Source: Leucoraja erinacea (lineage: Eukaryota). From it: 64,000 nucleotides of DNA. The translations under genes and the position numbers were made by a program. This document shows, piece after piece, positions 35,800-49,314 of this stretch. The notes under the pieces are model-generated. The model ran no database searches and had not been told where the DNA came from. It was given only the letters and a program-made list of their open reading frames with translations. Location: positions 11,346,001-11,410,000 of the forward strand of contig NC_073409.1 in assembly GCF_028641065.1 (NCBI RefSeq), read 5' to 3'. Numbering within the stretch: position 1 is the first letter of the stretch; every line of letters begins with the position of its first letter.

Positions 35800-37910
35800 T
35801 CACCACAAGATAGGGAAAACGTGCAGACGTGGCAGAGTGCGATCATCGGGATGTTATTTGGGATGGAGTGTTTCAATTCTGAGGAAGGGCAGGTTTGCTT
35901 TCCTTGGAGCAGAGTAACCTGAGCAGCAGACCTAGTAGAGAGGTGTATAAAATTAGGAGCACCATGAATAGGGTAGATAGTAGAAAACTTTGCCTGTTGG
36001 CCAAGATGTTAAAAACGATAGGAATATGGTCACGTGGGACGGGAGTACACGTGAGGCGATCAGAGGATTAAAGGAGAACATGAAATGAATCGGGTGGACA
36101 AAGTAATGGAAAATCCTGAGTGTTTCTACAGGTATATTAAAAGGATGACCAAGAATAGGTGCCCGAAAGAGCAGTATCATTGTCTTTGTGTAGTGCCACG
36201 AGATATGGGGGCAATATTAAATTAATATTTCTCATCCGTACTTGCACAAGCATCAGGTCGCTAAGAAATTGTGGCATAGAATTATGATGTCTTAGGCCAT
36301 ATATGAATTACCAAAGGGGAGGTATTGGTAGCTTTAAAGCGGATTAAGATGGTTAAATTGCCAGAGCCTGACCAAGCATATCCTCAGACCTTATAGAAAG
36401 CTTGGGAAGAAATCGCAGAGGCCCTTGCATAGATGTGTGCACTATCTTTAGCCACAGATGAACTTTGAAAGGGGGGAGTGGACTGAAAAAGACTGGACAT
36501 TATTACAGTTGGGTGAGCCTGGCGTCAGTGATGGGACAATCGTTGAATGAAATTCTATGGGGCCGTGTGTGTTGGCACCTGGATAGATAGGGACGGATAC
36601 GAGTATGCCAGCATGGCTTTGTGTGTGGGAAATCTTGACTCACAAATCTGACATGGTTTTTGAAGAGTTCACCAAGAGGATTGATCAGGGCAGCAATCGC
36701 TGACTATATGGATTTTAGCAAGGCCTTTGACATAGTCCCACATGGTAGGCTAGTTTGGAATCACGAGGAATCCAGGAGAGGCAGCCAATTAGATTCAAAG
36801 TAAGCTTGGATGCAGGAGTCAAAAAGTAGTTGTGAAGCATTGTTTTGCTAGTTGGAGGCCTGTGACCAATAGTGTGCTGCAAAGGTCAGTGCTGGGTCCA
36901 CTGTTTGTTATCTACATTAACAATTTGGATGATAATGTGGTAAACATTGTTGGTAAAATTACAGGTGACACTGAAATAGTGCAGTCTACAACAATGCATC
37001 AGAAATAGTAAGCCGTTTAGCTCTCAAACCTGTTCATATAGAGTGTTTGATCTTTGACAAAATCTTTTTTATACTGAAACATACAGTTTCTATGGTGGCA
37101 AAACAATGCTCATAAATTTGTACATATTTGCAAAAAATCTTTTTGAGAGGTGGGCAAAGGAATGGCAAATAAAACAAGTATAAGGTGTTGCACTTTATGT
37201 CAAACCAAGACAGGACTTGTACAGCAAGTTTTTGGTTTGGTTTATTTATTGTCATGTGAGGCCTGTGACCAATAGTGTGCTGCAAATGTCACAGTGAAAT
37301 GCTTGTTCCGCATGGTCTCCAGTCAAATCATAGCACACATGTGTACAATAGATCCTCTTCTGGAACAGAACACAATCTTTAAATTCCAATGCCATCTTGT
37401 AGCTTCCACATTTCTGAGAACTCCAATCTTGGCCGAGGGAGATAAGCAAGTTCTTGTATTCTCACTTTATAGCTTGGTGTCTTAGTGGCATTGGATCGAT
37501 GAACTAGATGTTATTCTGGCCCAGCACGGTGCCCTGGAGAGTGCTGTGGAATAGAGAGATCTAAGTACATGGTGCCTTGAAAGCGACGGTTCAGATGGAC
37601 AAGGCGGTAAAGAAGGCATTTGGCAATCTTACTGCCTTAGTAAAATGTATTGAATACAAAAGTCAGGACATCGTGATGCAGATGGGGAGTTTTGGGGCAA
37701 CTTTTCACTTGGAAGGTAGTCTGTATTTGGAATGAACTTCCAGAGTATGCTATAATAAATAGATACAATTACAATTTTCAAAGATGTATGGACAAATATA
37801 TGGGTAGGAAAGGTTTAGAAGAATATATGGACCAAATGCAGGCAACTGGGACTGGCTCTAAATACCATCTTAAATGGCATGGACACATTGGGCTGAAGGG
37901 CCTGTTTACA
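35800..37910 (+). mobile_element. old, fragmented CR1-type LINE sequence
   Basis: Decayed CR1 RT landmarks (cagcatggctttgtg, tatatggattttagcaaggcctttgac, gtgctgggtccactg) without long ORFs. Confidence 0.55.
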
Positions 37911-38583
37911 TGCTGTACAGCTCTGGCTCAAACCCACTACCCACTGTGTATACCTGGCTAGGTTTTGATCTTGATGCGTTTTTCTGAGTTTTTGACACAG
38001 TCATCACCTTCACTGGTTTCTTCCGAAGTCTCACTGTTGGTGATCTTGTAAGGCACTTCTTTGTACAACTTGGCTCTTTATTACCATTTACACAGCTGTA
38101 ATCCCAATCTTTATTCATCCTTACCCTTAACAATTTCAAAGTCCTGCTACTGCCAGTCCACAATTACTTCAATCATTTGGTCCTTTAATTATCAGATTAG
38201 TTGTTTGTTCTTTTGCAATATTAGATTATCCCTTTCATAAACATACCCATTTATTTAGCTTGTTCTCTGGAATGGTTTATAATGGGTTAGTTCTCAGGGC
38301 TGTAAAGCTGTCCACTATATTCTCAGTTGGCACTGACCCAGGTGTTGATTACATGACCTTCCTTCCCTGTGCTTTGTACAGATGTGTGCATCTCTTTTTA
38401 GTCAGCAGAGTGTCCTTCAGAGCCCAATAGGATACTTGCCATCTCTCTGGCTGCTACAAATGAGTGGTCAAGACACATTATTTCTTGCAAGCGTAGGTGG
38501 ATGTTTTCAACAATCTAATACTTAGTCGCTCGTTGCTGATTTAATTGCTTAGTTTCAATTAAAATCAACATTTTCTTTTAAAG

Positions 38584-38726
38584 GATTGTCTCAAATCATT
38601 TTCCAAAGAAGAGAAACTCACAGACAACAATCGCTTCCATTGTAGCAATTGTAAGGCTCACCGTGATTCCACAAAGAAGCTAGAGATCTGGAAACTGCCC
38701 CCCATTCTACTGGTGCATCTGAAACG
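38584..38726 (+). CDS. USP8: USP8 coding exon 16
   Basis: taaag|GAT TGT ... AAA CG|gtagg; DCLKSFSKEEKLTDNNRFHCSNCK...WKLPPILLVHLKR. Confidence 0.95.
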
Positions 38727-39305
38727 GTAGGCTCTTTGATAAGTTATAGACTGATACAGTGTGGAAACAGGCCCTTCGGCCAAACTTGCCCATACCGGCC
38801 AACATGTTCCAGCTACACTAGCCCCACCTGCCATTATTTGGTCCATATCTCTCCAAACCTGGCCAAGCCATGAACCTGTCGAACTGTTTCTTAAATGTTG
38901 GAATAGTTCCTGCCTCGACTACCTCCTCTGGCAGTTTGTTCCATACATCCACCACCAAAAAGATACCTCTCAGATTCCTTTTTTTTTTTTTTTCGCCTTA
39001 TACCTATGTCCGCTGGTCCTCGATTCACCTACTCTGGGTAGGAGACTCTGTGTAACAGACTCTGTGCAGCTACCCAATCTATTCCTCTTATGATCATATA
39101 CACCTCAATAAGATAACCCATCCCCTTCGCCTCCACCTATGTCCGCTGGTCAACCTCGATTCAGACCCTACTCTGGCACATCCTCGGAGATCTTCTGTGT
39201 TTCCAGACTCAACATCTGTGCATCTACCCAATCTATTCAATACTATAAATGTGGGTATGATCATATACACCTCAGCGGGACAGGCAGCATCTCTGGAGAA
39301 GGAAT

Positions 39306-39340
39306 GGGTGACGTTTCGGGTCGAGACCCTTCTTCAGACT
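39306..39340 (-). ncRNA. putative minimal hammerhead ribozyme motif in a Penelope fragment (39272-39575) nested in CR1
   Basis: Minus strand AGT-CTGAAGA-A-GGGT-CTCG-ACCC-GAAA-C-GTC-ACC. Confidence 0.55.
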
Positions 39341-40289
39341 ATAAATGCGGCCTCACCAACGTCTTGTACAACTGCAACATGACCTCCCAACTTCTATACT
39401 CAATTCTATTCCGCTTGGGCAATTTACACCCCAACGGCATGAACATTGGCTTCTCTAATTTCAGGTAGCCCTTATTGTCTCCTCCCCTTCTCAGCTCTCC
39501 CTCAGCCCTCTGGCTCTTCCTATTCCTTTCTTCTTTCCACACCTGCTGAGTTTCTCCAGCACTTTTATCTACCTTCTATACTTAATATTCTGGCTGATGA
39601 TGGCCAATGTGCCAGAAGCCTTTTTGACCACACAATCTACCTGCGAATCCATCTTTAGGAAACTATCAACTAACTCCTAGATCCCTCTGCTCTACAAAAC
39701 TACCCAAAGCCCTACCGTTCACTGTGTAGGTCTTGCCCATGTTAGACTTATTAAAATGCAACACCTCACATTTTTCTGCATTAAATTCCATCAACATTCC
39801 TCAGCCTAATTGGCCAATTGATCAAGATCCTACTACAGTTTTTCACAGCCATCTTCATTATCTGCAAAACCAACCTACTTTTGTTTCAAAAGTGACAAAT
39901 AATGAAAATTAAGTTGGCAAATGTGGGTTGGAGGTGGGAAATTCTAAATTAACTGTAGTTGGACATGCAAATCAAACTCAATGTTATAATGTGTGGATAA
40001 ATTGACCAAAGTGGTGCTTATGATAATGTCCACTTTGAGAAATGTGCATATGATTGGTGAAGGCTGGGTTGGAGGGGCTGTGAAGCCTTCATGAAGACTA
40101 TCAGCGCATTATTGGTGACGAGGGAACTATGTAACTGGTGCATATGCGTAGTACTGAGCCTACATTCCTTCACACCAGCTTGCCTGCGTGTTCTGTGCTG
40201 ATTGGTTCTCAGTGTGGAGAACGGCAGGTCCAACTGAGAGGAGGAATTTGGTTGTAGAGCAGGTACGTCGTCAGGAGGCAGATGTGAGA

Positions 40290-40730
40290 TGTGTAAGGAC
40301 AGTAGCTCGGGTTTAGCAGGGACAGTGGATGAGCTGGGGAAGTGTAAAGAGGAGGTTTAGCTGGAGGGACCTGTGGTGCATGGAGGCGGGTCATGTAAGT
40401 TTCCTTACCAGGGTTATTTATGATGCGCTGCCATCACGGCAGAACCTCAAACAATGGGTAGGTGGGGACCTGACCCCATGTGTTCACAGGTGGCAACATT
40501 GAGGCATATTTTATCAGGATGTAGGACTAGTCTTTCTCAGGGTTGGTATACTTGGTGGCATAACCAGGTATTGAAGTGCACAGCTGCAGCAATTGAGGGG
40601 GGCGGTGGGGAGAGTACAGGTGAATTTGGTAGGCATCAGGACTGGGAGTGTAGCGATTCATTTTGTCCGTGAGAGAGAGAAAGGCAGAGGAGAGAAGTTT
40701 GCGGATAGGTATGAGTCAGGCCAGTTATGG
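40290..40730 (+). mobile_element. fragment of a Hero/R2-like (RLE-type) non-LTR retrotransposon
   Basis: YDALPS..NL, CSQVATLRHILSGC...GWYTWWHNQVLK: CCHC zinc knuckle followed by the RH(N/D) motif that precedes the RLE domain. Confidence 0.6.
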
Positions 40731-41134
40731 ACCGATTTCGGGAGCTCCAACCACACTAGCTTCGACCGCCCCGATCACCAGATGTGGGAGCTTCGATCAC
40801 CCCAACTGCGGATGGTTCGACTCCCCCGACCGCGGGAGAAAAAGGAGGAAAGAAGATAAGACTTTATTGCCTCCCATCACAGTGAGGAATGTGGAGGAGC
40901 CGTTGTGGTGGATGTTTATGTAAAATTTTATGTATTTGTGTGTCTTGTTGCTTTTTTGGTATGACTATGGCAAATCAAATTCCTCATATGTTGCAAAACA
41001 TACTTGGCTAATAAATTATGATTATGATAATACTTAGGTTTTGGGCTTGTTTTTCTTAGTTGAGCGCCTACATGGAGTTATAGCACAAGTACTTTGTGTT
41101 TTAATTGAAATCTCGATCATGGTTTTCATCGCAG

Positions 41135-41267
41135 ATTCTCTTACGAAGGAAGATGGAAACAGAAGTTGCAGACAAATGTTGACTTTCCTTTGGAGAATCT
41201 GGAGCTGTCAAACTATGTGATTGGTCCAAAGAACAATGTGAAAAAATACAATTTATTCGCGGTGTCG
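41135..41267 (+). CDS. USP8: USP8 coding exon 17
   Basis: cgcag|A TTC TCT ... GTG TCG|gtagg; FSYEGRWKQKLQTNVDFPLENL...YNLFAVS. Confidence 0.95.
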
Positions 41268-42170
41268 GTAGGTTGTTCCTTTATTGCTACATTTCTGGTC
41301 TAACATTCTACTTAATTTAGGGTAAGTCCTGCAGAGGTAAGAGGGACTCTCGTAAGGTTATACAGCATAGAAATGGGCCCTTAAGCCCACTGCATCGATG
41401 CTGACTATTATGCCTGTCCATACTAATTCCATATCCCTCTATGCCCTGCTCGTTCAAGTACCTGTCCCAATGCCTCTTAAATTGTGTTACTGTTTCAGCC
41501 TATACCACCCTCCAGCAGCTTGTTCCAGATACCAACTATACGAGTTACAAATGTAGCAGTAAGATACCGTTTAATCCAACCCTTTGAGCTTTAGACACCC
41601 CTGCCATGGAAAATGGGTCATTGGCTATCTACTTTATCTGTGCTTATCATTATTTTAAATACTTGTATCACATCACCTCTCAGCTTCCTTCACACTGGGG
41701 AAAACAGTCCTGCCTGTACGATCTCTCCTTTAAAATAAAGCCTCCAATCCAGGCAATATCCTTGTGAATTTTTTCTGCATCCCCCATAGCTTCATCATGC
41801 CCTTCCTGTAGAACAGTGAGCAAAACCGCACTCAATTCTCCAAATGGGTCCGAACCAATGATTTGTAAAATGATGTCCTAACTCTTGTACTCAATGTCAC
41901 AGCTAGTGAAGGCAAGTATACGATATGTCATCTTCACCACCTTTTTTTACCTATGTTGCTACTTTCAGGGTTTGCTAGTATAACCAAAGTTTTCTCTCTT
42001 GAACAACACTCCACAGGGCCCTACAACTCACTGAGTATGTCTTGTATTGGTTCAACTTCCCAAAATGCATAATTTTGCACTTGTCAGAGGTAAATTCCAT
42101 ATACCATTCCTTTGCCCACTTTCCCAGTTGCTCAATATCCTGTTGTAACTTTAGACAACCTTCTTCATTG

Positions 42171-43033
42171 TAGGTATGTTACAAAACCTACCTGAATCGC
42201 CATTGGGAATCTGCCCTCAGCCATGTCAGCGATTTTGGCGCTGTTTGGAGGGGGCGGGTTTAAAACGCGATTTTTACTAGGCTGTACTAATCGCACATGT
42301 TCAGCCTAGTAAATCATTAACGAAAAATCGCTGCAAGACCCGGTCGCAAAAGGTATTATTAGTTTTATAGGCCTCGATAATATAGTTATAATAGTCTTAA
42401 AATTACTGTTTTATTCCGCGACCTCTCGCAGCCCCAGGGTTTTATAGAGCAAACAATTAAAGGTATGTACCTTATTTTTACATTAAATGGGGCATATATA
42501 TAACCCTGTAATTAAAGTTATCTATAGCGAATAGTTTATTTTGGGCTTTTTATAATCCCGCAGTATTTTTCTCGGCATTTGAGGGCACTAATCTAGCGCG
42601 CTGTCAACATTCTAAACCAGCGCGTTCACAGAAACCCACTGGAAAGCCGATTTAAATGGGCATTTATTTACAGCAATTGAACACTAAATTCCTTCCATTT
42701 GGCCTATAAATTAATGTAAATTAGATATAAAAATCATGTTATATTGTGAATTATTTGTGAATAATCTTTGGACACTTAGGCTATTTAAAAATGTTAATCT
42801 TTCCTTAAGAAATGGCCTGTTGACTATCCAAGATCACAGCTTTTTTGTAATGTCCATTGAAAATCAATAGGGAACAAGATGCTAATTTCCGAGTATGAAA
42901 ATGGCCATAACTTTTTTAATACTTGAGATATGAAAGTGAATTTGGTGTCAAATTAAACTTATTGTTATGCTTTATCTGATGGGATAAATTGCAGACTTGA
43001 TTTTTAAAATCTCAAAATTTTGTAACATTGCTA
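42171..43033. mobile_element. 863-bp non-autonomous DNA transposon with TAG..CTA termini and 7-bp TSD, inserted in a CR1 remnant (about 41360-43100)
   Basis: TIR TAGGTATGTTACAAAA / TTTTGTAACATTGCTA; TTCATTG at 42164-42170 and 43034-43040. Confidence 0.7.
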
Positions 43034-43123
43034 TTCATTGTCCGCTTTAATGTTAATTTTGGTATAATTTGCAAATTTATTAATGATACCACCTACATTA
43101 TTTTCCAAGTCTATAATATTCGT

Positions 43124-43352
43124 GTGTAGGAAGGAACTGCAGATGCTGGTTTAAACCGAAGATAGACACAAAAAGCTGGGTTAACTCAGCGGGTCAGACA
43201 GCATCTCTGGATAAAAGGAATAGGTGACGATTCAGCTCGAGACCCTTCTTCACACTGAGAGTCAGGGGACAATCACGACCCAAAACGTCACCTATTCCTT
43301 TTTGCCAGTGATGCTGACTGACTCGCTGTGTCACCCCAGCTTTTTGTGTCTC
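43124..43352. mobile_element. Penelope pLTR-derived fold-back element
   Basis: gtaggaaggaactgcagatgctgg...acccttcttcac / acccaaaacgtcacctattcc...agctttttgtgtc. Confidence 0.7.
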
Positions 43353-43481
43353 TTTAAGATACACGATGAACAAGAAAGGAGGCAGCACTAATCCCTGTGG
43401 TATACCACTGGACAAAGATCTCCAATCTGAAAAACACCTCCACCACATTCTGATTCCTAATCAAGGCAATTTTGTATGTTA

Positions 43482-44370
43482 CTAGACTAAGTGGGACCCG
43501 TTGGGTCCCAGTCACGTGGGAGGCCTGGTCCCCCAACACAACCTGTTCCGCAACACAATATTCCACCACTCACCCATTCCCACGAAGCAATATTGCACCA
43601 CTCACCAATAGCACCCACGGGAGGCCGGGTGCACCAAAGCAACCCGTTCACCAAAGCAATATTCCATCATTCACCCGTTCCCCCAACGCAACCCATTCCC
43701 CCAACGCAATATTCCATCACTCACCCATAGCCCCTAACTGAGCAAGCACGGCTCAATTCCTCTCATTCTCTCCCTCCTCTTCATCCTCCCTCTTCTTTCC
43801 CCTCTCCTCCTCCCCTCCCCAATCCCTCCCTCACCTCTCCTTTACCTTTCCCCTACCCTCAGTCACCCTCCCTCCCTCCCTCCCTCCATAACTCATCTCC
43901 CCTCCCTACCCCCTCCTATCCCTCTATCCCCCACCTCACCCCCACTCCTCACCTCCCCCTCTCTCCCCCCCACTATCCTCCTGACCTGCTCCACTGCCCC
44001 TCCTCGCCCTCTATCTCCCCCCCCACTCCCTATTTCCCCCACTTTCCCTCCCTCCTCCCCCTCCTCCCCCACCCCCCTCCTCACCTCCCCCACTTTTCCC
44101 CCTCTCCCTCAATCTCCCCACTCTCCCTCCTCACCTCCCCAGGATCTCAAGGTTGCAGGGGTCGGCCTCAGTCGGCCAGGCTCTGGGCGACACCACTCCA
44201 GCCGGCGGTGGTGCACAAACTCTGCTCGCTCCGCTCCTTCAATTCTCCCCGCCCGTGAGTGACAGTGGACCCGTCCAATCAGTGTGGCGATATTGCACCG
44301 GAAGGGGTGTCGCTGTCCCAGGTGACTGACAGGAGAGGAGACCAATGTGCATTTTTAAATATTTTTAAAC
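43482..44370 (-). mobile_element. Helitron-like non-autonomous element (3' end at 43482)
   Basis: Minus strand ends GGGACCC-AAC-GGGTCCC hairpin + ACTTAGT + CTAG followed by T; internal caatattc repeats and a C-rich tract; 5' end not defined. Confidence 0.6.
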
Positions 44371-44501
44371 TGGAACTCAACTATTATTCCCAAACATCAA
44401 ATTCTGTTAAGTTTCAAAAATATTTTGTTCTGTAACCAAGTGACGTTGTTGGTCATTTTGAAAAGTGGTTGATGTTAATCACATTGTTTTAATTTGTATA
44501 G

Positions 44502-44687
44502 AATCATTATGGAGGACTAGATGGAGGGCACTACACAGCATACTGCAAGAATGCAGTGAAGCAGCGCTGGTTCAAGTTTGATGATCAAGATGTTTCGGAG
44601 ATATCTTCTTCCTCGGTGAGGTCTTCAGCTGCTTACATTCTCTTCTACAGTTCATTGGAGCTCTGTGTAGCCGACTTAGCTACATAA
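44502..44687 (+). CDS. USP8: USP8 last coding exon (His box, stop TAA)
   Basis: gtatag|AAT CAT TAT GGA ...; [17 protein letters not shown]...WFKFDD...AAYILFY...DLAT*. Confidence 0.96.
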   Translation, partial: NHYGGLDGGHYTAYCKNAVKQRWFKFDDQDVSEISSSSVRSSAAYILFYSSLELCVADLAT

Positions 44688-46928
44688 CAGCATTTATTGC
44701 TCCACTTTGTTGTACTCTGTTAGTGTTATATCTGGCTGCATTGGGCATGTGCCTAGAAGAACTAGCAGTATATTCTGCTGAAGCAAAACACTTTCACAAT
44801 GAGATCTTAACTGGATGATCTGCCTATTGTACTTTGAGTACCTGCATACCAGAAAGGTGAACTTCAGTTATGTAATAGAATTAAAAGTCTTCTATTAGAA
44901 TGTCAAATTCTGTTCTCTAAGCAGAGATTGTAGTTTGCGATAGTTTCACAGCCAAAATTCCATTGCCCGTCAGATTATCTTTGCTGCTATGTGAAAAAGA
45001 GGTACTTGTATGATTCTCCCAAATTAACTTCCTGTTGTATTGGCCTTTCTATATCAGTTATAGTGAATCTTTCTGTACTGTGGAAAATAGCCGGGAGTAA
45101 TATAAACTGATGGAGATGTATCTGTACATAATAACTGCAGATTGCACAAAATGTCTGTGTGTGTGTGTGTGTATATAAGCTATAAATACTTTTAAAAAGT
45201 AATACTTTTTTTTGAAGTAATGTTGGCTATATTTCTACCTAAAACCTGAACAAGTGCTTAATTGAAAATGTAACTGCTGCACCTGATCTTATCCCAAAGT
45301 TGTATTGCAATTTTTTTCAGATTTTTGCAAAACCTATGCATTTAAAATATACTAAACAGTTAATCCAGACAACCTGTCTGATTTGCTGATGAATGATTGT
45401 TCTCTCTATTGGAGAGTAGTGGGGCCATTTCCACATTGCCTATATAATTGCCTGTGTTTATTGATGTACCGATACTGCAGTCTCGCGGTAATTTAAGTGG
45501 AGGAATGTAAGTAAACTCTAATGAAATCTCCACTCTGCCTGCTTCTCAATAAGGTTGTTGATATTGCTGACATTCTTATCTCCTTCCTTGGTGAAGGCAA
45601 AGAATAATTGGGAAATGGAATGTTGATCTTGGGTTAGAATGGATGAAAGAGATGTTGAAGCTGAAGGGTTCTGTTCAGACTCCATCTACGACACTTGGTT
45701 CACTTCTCAAAGCACCAGCATTGGTGCAGTGCAAATTTGCCAGAGTGGAAATGCAGCTAAATTAGTTCAATTTGGAGACTTCTGTACACAGTCCAGGCCT
45801 GTATTCCCATATAGTTTGAAAGTGAGGGAGTAATTTACCCAAGATGTTTAATGTATTCAAAGGATGTGGATCCAACTAATCTCCTTCGATCTCTTCCCCC
45901 CCCCCCCCCCTATCATCCCCAGGCCCTAGCAGTAAGATTCTCTCTCAATTACCAAAGGTTACAAGACCATTGCTGTAAGAAGAAACTGAGCAAAGTATCC
46001 CGCTGGCAGGTAAAGCCAGCTCTGCTTCGAACGATGCAGGTGGGAAATGAAAATAGTTTCTTCTAATGGGAGAGGCTGAAGAATCCAGGCTATGTTAACG
46101 CAGATCCTGCCGGGGTTCTGAGGGACTTCAAATTACTGTTTGAAATGAGTGCTTTTCAAATAGTACTTTTTACTCTTGACAAAGTTAAAAATACATGAAT
46201 TATTGAGCAGTAGATATTGTGAGTTACAAAACAAAGTTGGGTAGTTAGTGTGGAAGAAACTGGCCATGATCTTATTGAGGGTACGTGTATGACCACCTCA
46301 CTCTCTCCTTTGCCTTCCCCTGTGTTTCTTGTGTGTCCCTGGGATCACAGTAAGGGATTGTGTACAAATTACTTTTGGCATCAACTAAGAAAATGTTGCT
46401 GTTGCAATCCCCAGTTCCTCTTTTAGTGGGAGACTTGCATAACAGATTGACAATGAAACTTCGACAAAGTCCTTGCCTAAATGATTAAAAAAAATGATTC
46501 AGCTCAGAGCAATATGGTACACTGAGTTAGCAATTTTAAACAGCAATCCAAACATTAAATATGGAAACCCATTCACCAAGTGGAGATTATACTTTTATAG
46601 AATAGACTAAACTTCTAATGACCGTCTAGAAATACCAGCACATGTTCTACAGAATTCATTTTGCTCAGAAAAAGATTTGTATTGGCACTTTGATTTGAGA
46701 AACATTTTATTTAAATGTTTATTTTTATCTGCTTCTTGTTGGAGTTAGTCATTTATATTCCCACACTACACATGACAGGAAGATCTGAAATCACATCAAG
46801 ATGCATGATGGCCTGGCTTAGTCCAAATTTGATTTTGAGGATCTAACAAGTTGCTGTCCTTGCTTGACCGCCTTTTAATGAATCTGTAGTCTTAGTGTGG
46901 TAACTACACTAAATATTTCATTTGGATT

Positions 46929-46934
46929 AATAAA
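46929..46934 (+). terminator. candidate USP8 polyadenylation signal AATAAA (about 2.2 kb 3'UTR)
   Basis: AATAAA near the end of an AT-rich, largely repeat-poor stretch downstream of the stop; an ATTAAA alternative lies at about 47218. Confidence 0.4.
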
Positions 46935-47264
46935 ATATTATCTGGTTATATTGACACTATTTGTTTGAAATTATTCAACTTCCATAATTTGAAGATGGTC
47001 CACTGTGTTTTCAACATTTATTAATAACGAAAGCAACAGTGGAAACGGGTCTTGGGTGGTATTATAGTTGTAGTACAAGATATTCCACCTTATCCTCCTA
47101 TTTCTGTGACATCTATCATATGACATGCCTTAAGTTGTATTGTTTTAATACTTCACATTAGGAGTTTTGTTCCTGAGATGTGATGCTTTGCTAGCATTTT
47201 TCTGTATTTTTCTCAATATTAAACATTGCTGATTCAAGTGATCATTTGCTGAGCTTGGCTTTGT

Positions 47265-47420
47265 AGACTTTAGAGATACAGCGCGAACAGGCCCCTCGGC
47301 CCACCGAGTTTGTGCCGACCAGCAATCACCCTGTACACTAGCGCTATTCTACACACTAGGGACAATGTATAATTTTGCTGACGCCAACTAACCTACAAAC
47401 CTGTACGCCTTTGGAGTGTC
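47265..47420 (-). mobile_element. HE1/V-SINE-like SINE 3' part
   Basis: tttagagatacagcg...aacaggcccctcggccca...acctacaaacctgtacgcctttggag. Confidence 0.6.
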
Positions 47421-49289
47421 CCACATGGTAAATTAGTCCAAAAAGGTTGATCACGTGGAATCCAGGGTAGAAGACGGAGGGTGGCACATTGGAGAACTAC
47501 AACCATTGGTGCCCTGCAGAAATTGGTGCTGAATCCCTTATCTCACTCACACACACGCTCACACATTCGCTCCCGTGCTCAATCACACGCTCACTCACGC
47601 ACACTCGCACTCAGAAAGGAAGGGAGACCCGAAGGACATGTTTTACCCCACAGGATGTTGGAATGAGCTTCCAAAGGGATCAGTAGAGGCAGGTATAATT
47701 ACAACATTTGATAGACTTTTGCACGTGCATGGATTGAAAGGTTTAGAGATGAGGCAAACGCAGGAAAAGGATTTGCATAGATTATTGCTTTGACGAGTTG
47801 GGTTTTAAGTTTCTATGCTGTATAATGTCTATGAAACAGTGGTCCTACTTTGCATGTGAAAGAGCATGCTGATTTCAAGGTGTCATAGAAGAATACAACA
47901 CAGGAACTGGTCCTTTAGCCCACAATGACTGGGCTGTGCATGATGTCAACTTAAACTAATCTCTGCCTGCATTGTACTCATATCCCTCTTATCATATCCA
48001 CGTGCTTATCTAAAAGACCCTTAAACGCCACTATCATATCTACTACTATCACCCTGGTAGCACAGTCCAGACACCCATCACTATGAATAAATAAAACATG
48101 TCCTGCATATGCATTAATACAGAGCTGTATATTAATTTTATTTGATCCGGGCCATGGATTTGGGCTGGGGTCAATGGTATAGGCATTATGTTGGGGTTTA
48201 GCTAGAGCCCTCTTACAAACAAACCTTTAGGATTTGTTCTTGGTTAGTTTAAATATATTTTGCAGTTGACTAATTTCAGATGAGGATGAATGAATTTGAT
48301 AATTTAGATGCTGTGCCCTTTTATGGGGGGTAATTGTCCAAAATCTGACCCATGGGTAGACTGGCTGTAAGAGAAGACCTTTACAGTGGTTGACGTGGCT
48401 ACAAAGAGGCATGGGGAATGGTCAACAAGGGCTGAGGATTATTCTTCTCACTCGTCAGTAGGCTTGTGTTCAATCTACCTACATAATAACCTGCTTCAGT
48501 GAGATTCTGGGGCTTCAGTGTGAGGCACTCACTAATCACTTAAGCACCTTTGAAATTGAACTGAAACATCTTGTGCAACTTGTGAAAAGAATTAGTGCTA
48601 AGCGACCCTGTTCTAAACTGGATTCCAGAATTTTGAGGAAAAAAAATGTAAATCATTTGGGCCTAGTATAATCTGTAGTCTATTGTCAGTAAAACGGAAA
48701 AGGTGCAGAAAAGATTTGTGAGGAAGTGACTGGAACTGGAGGTTAAATTGAGAGGCTGGATAGGTTGAGCATGGGAGGCCGAGTGATTAACTTAAAATCA
48801 TGGCAAATCTAGATAAGGGATGATCAGTCTTTCCCCAGTGTAATAGCGTTTAAAACTAGAGAGAATAGATTTTGAGAGTGGATTGATTTAAAAAGGGATG
48901 AATGGGGCAACCTTTTCACAGACAGGGTGATGAACTGTAGGAGAAAGCTGTAGAGACAGCTGGAACCTGTGTAGGGTAGAGATGGTTTAGATGGATAGCT
49001 GGGATAGAATGGGATCTACTGGATAGACATCTTGGCTGGCATGTATGAGTTGGGCCAAAATAAGTTTTTTCCCATGCTATAAAGACTTGGTACCAGAACG
49101 TGATCACATACTGCAGCATGAACTGTTTGCAGAGGGGATTCCTTTAATTCATGAGACACTGTCCACTTTAGACAATAACCAACAAAATAACAGCATATGT
49201 TAGCCAAAATTAGAACAAATTCCATAATTTATATAGATTGCTGCCCTTTAGGGCTGGTACAGAATGAAAACTGGATTATGGGGAAACTG

Positions 49290-49295
49290 TTTATT
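49290..49295 (-). terminator. candidate USP50 polyadenylation signal AATAAA
   Basis: TTTATT on the + strand about 20 nt past the USP50 stop codon. Confidence 0.45.
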
Positions 49296-49314
49296 ACGAT
49301 GATCCAGGATGCCA

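Noticed and set aside
43530-43740. Spaced short repeats (caatatt...cactcacc) superficially like a CRISPR array
   Set aside because: Eukaryotic context, degenerate units, related spacers and no cas genes; internal repeats of the Helitron-like element.
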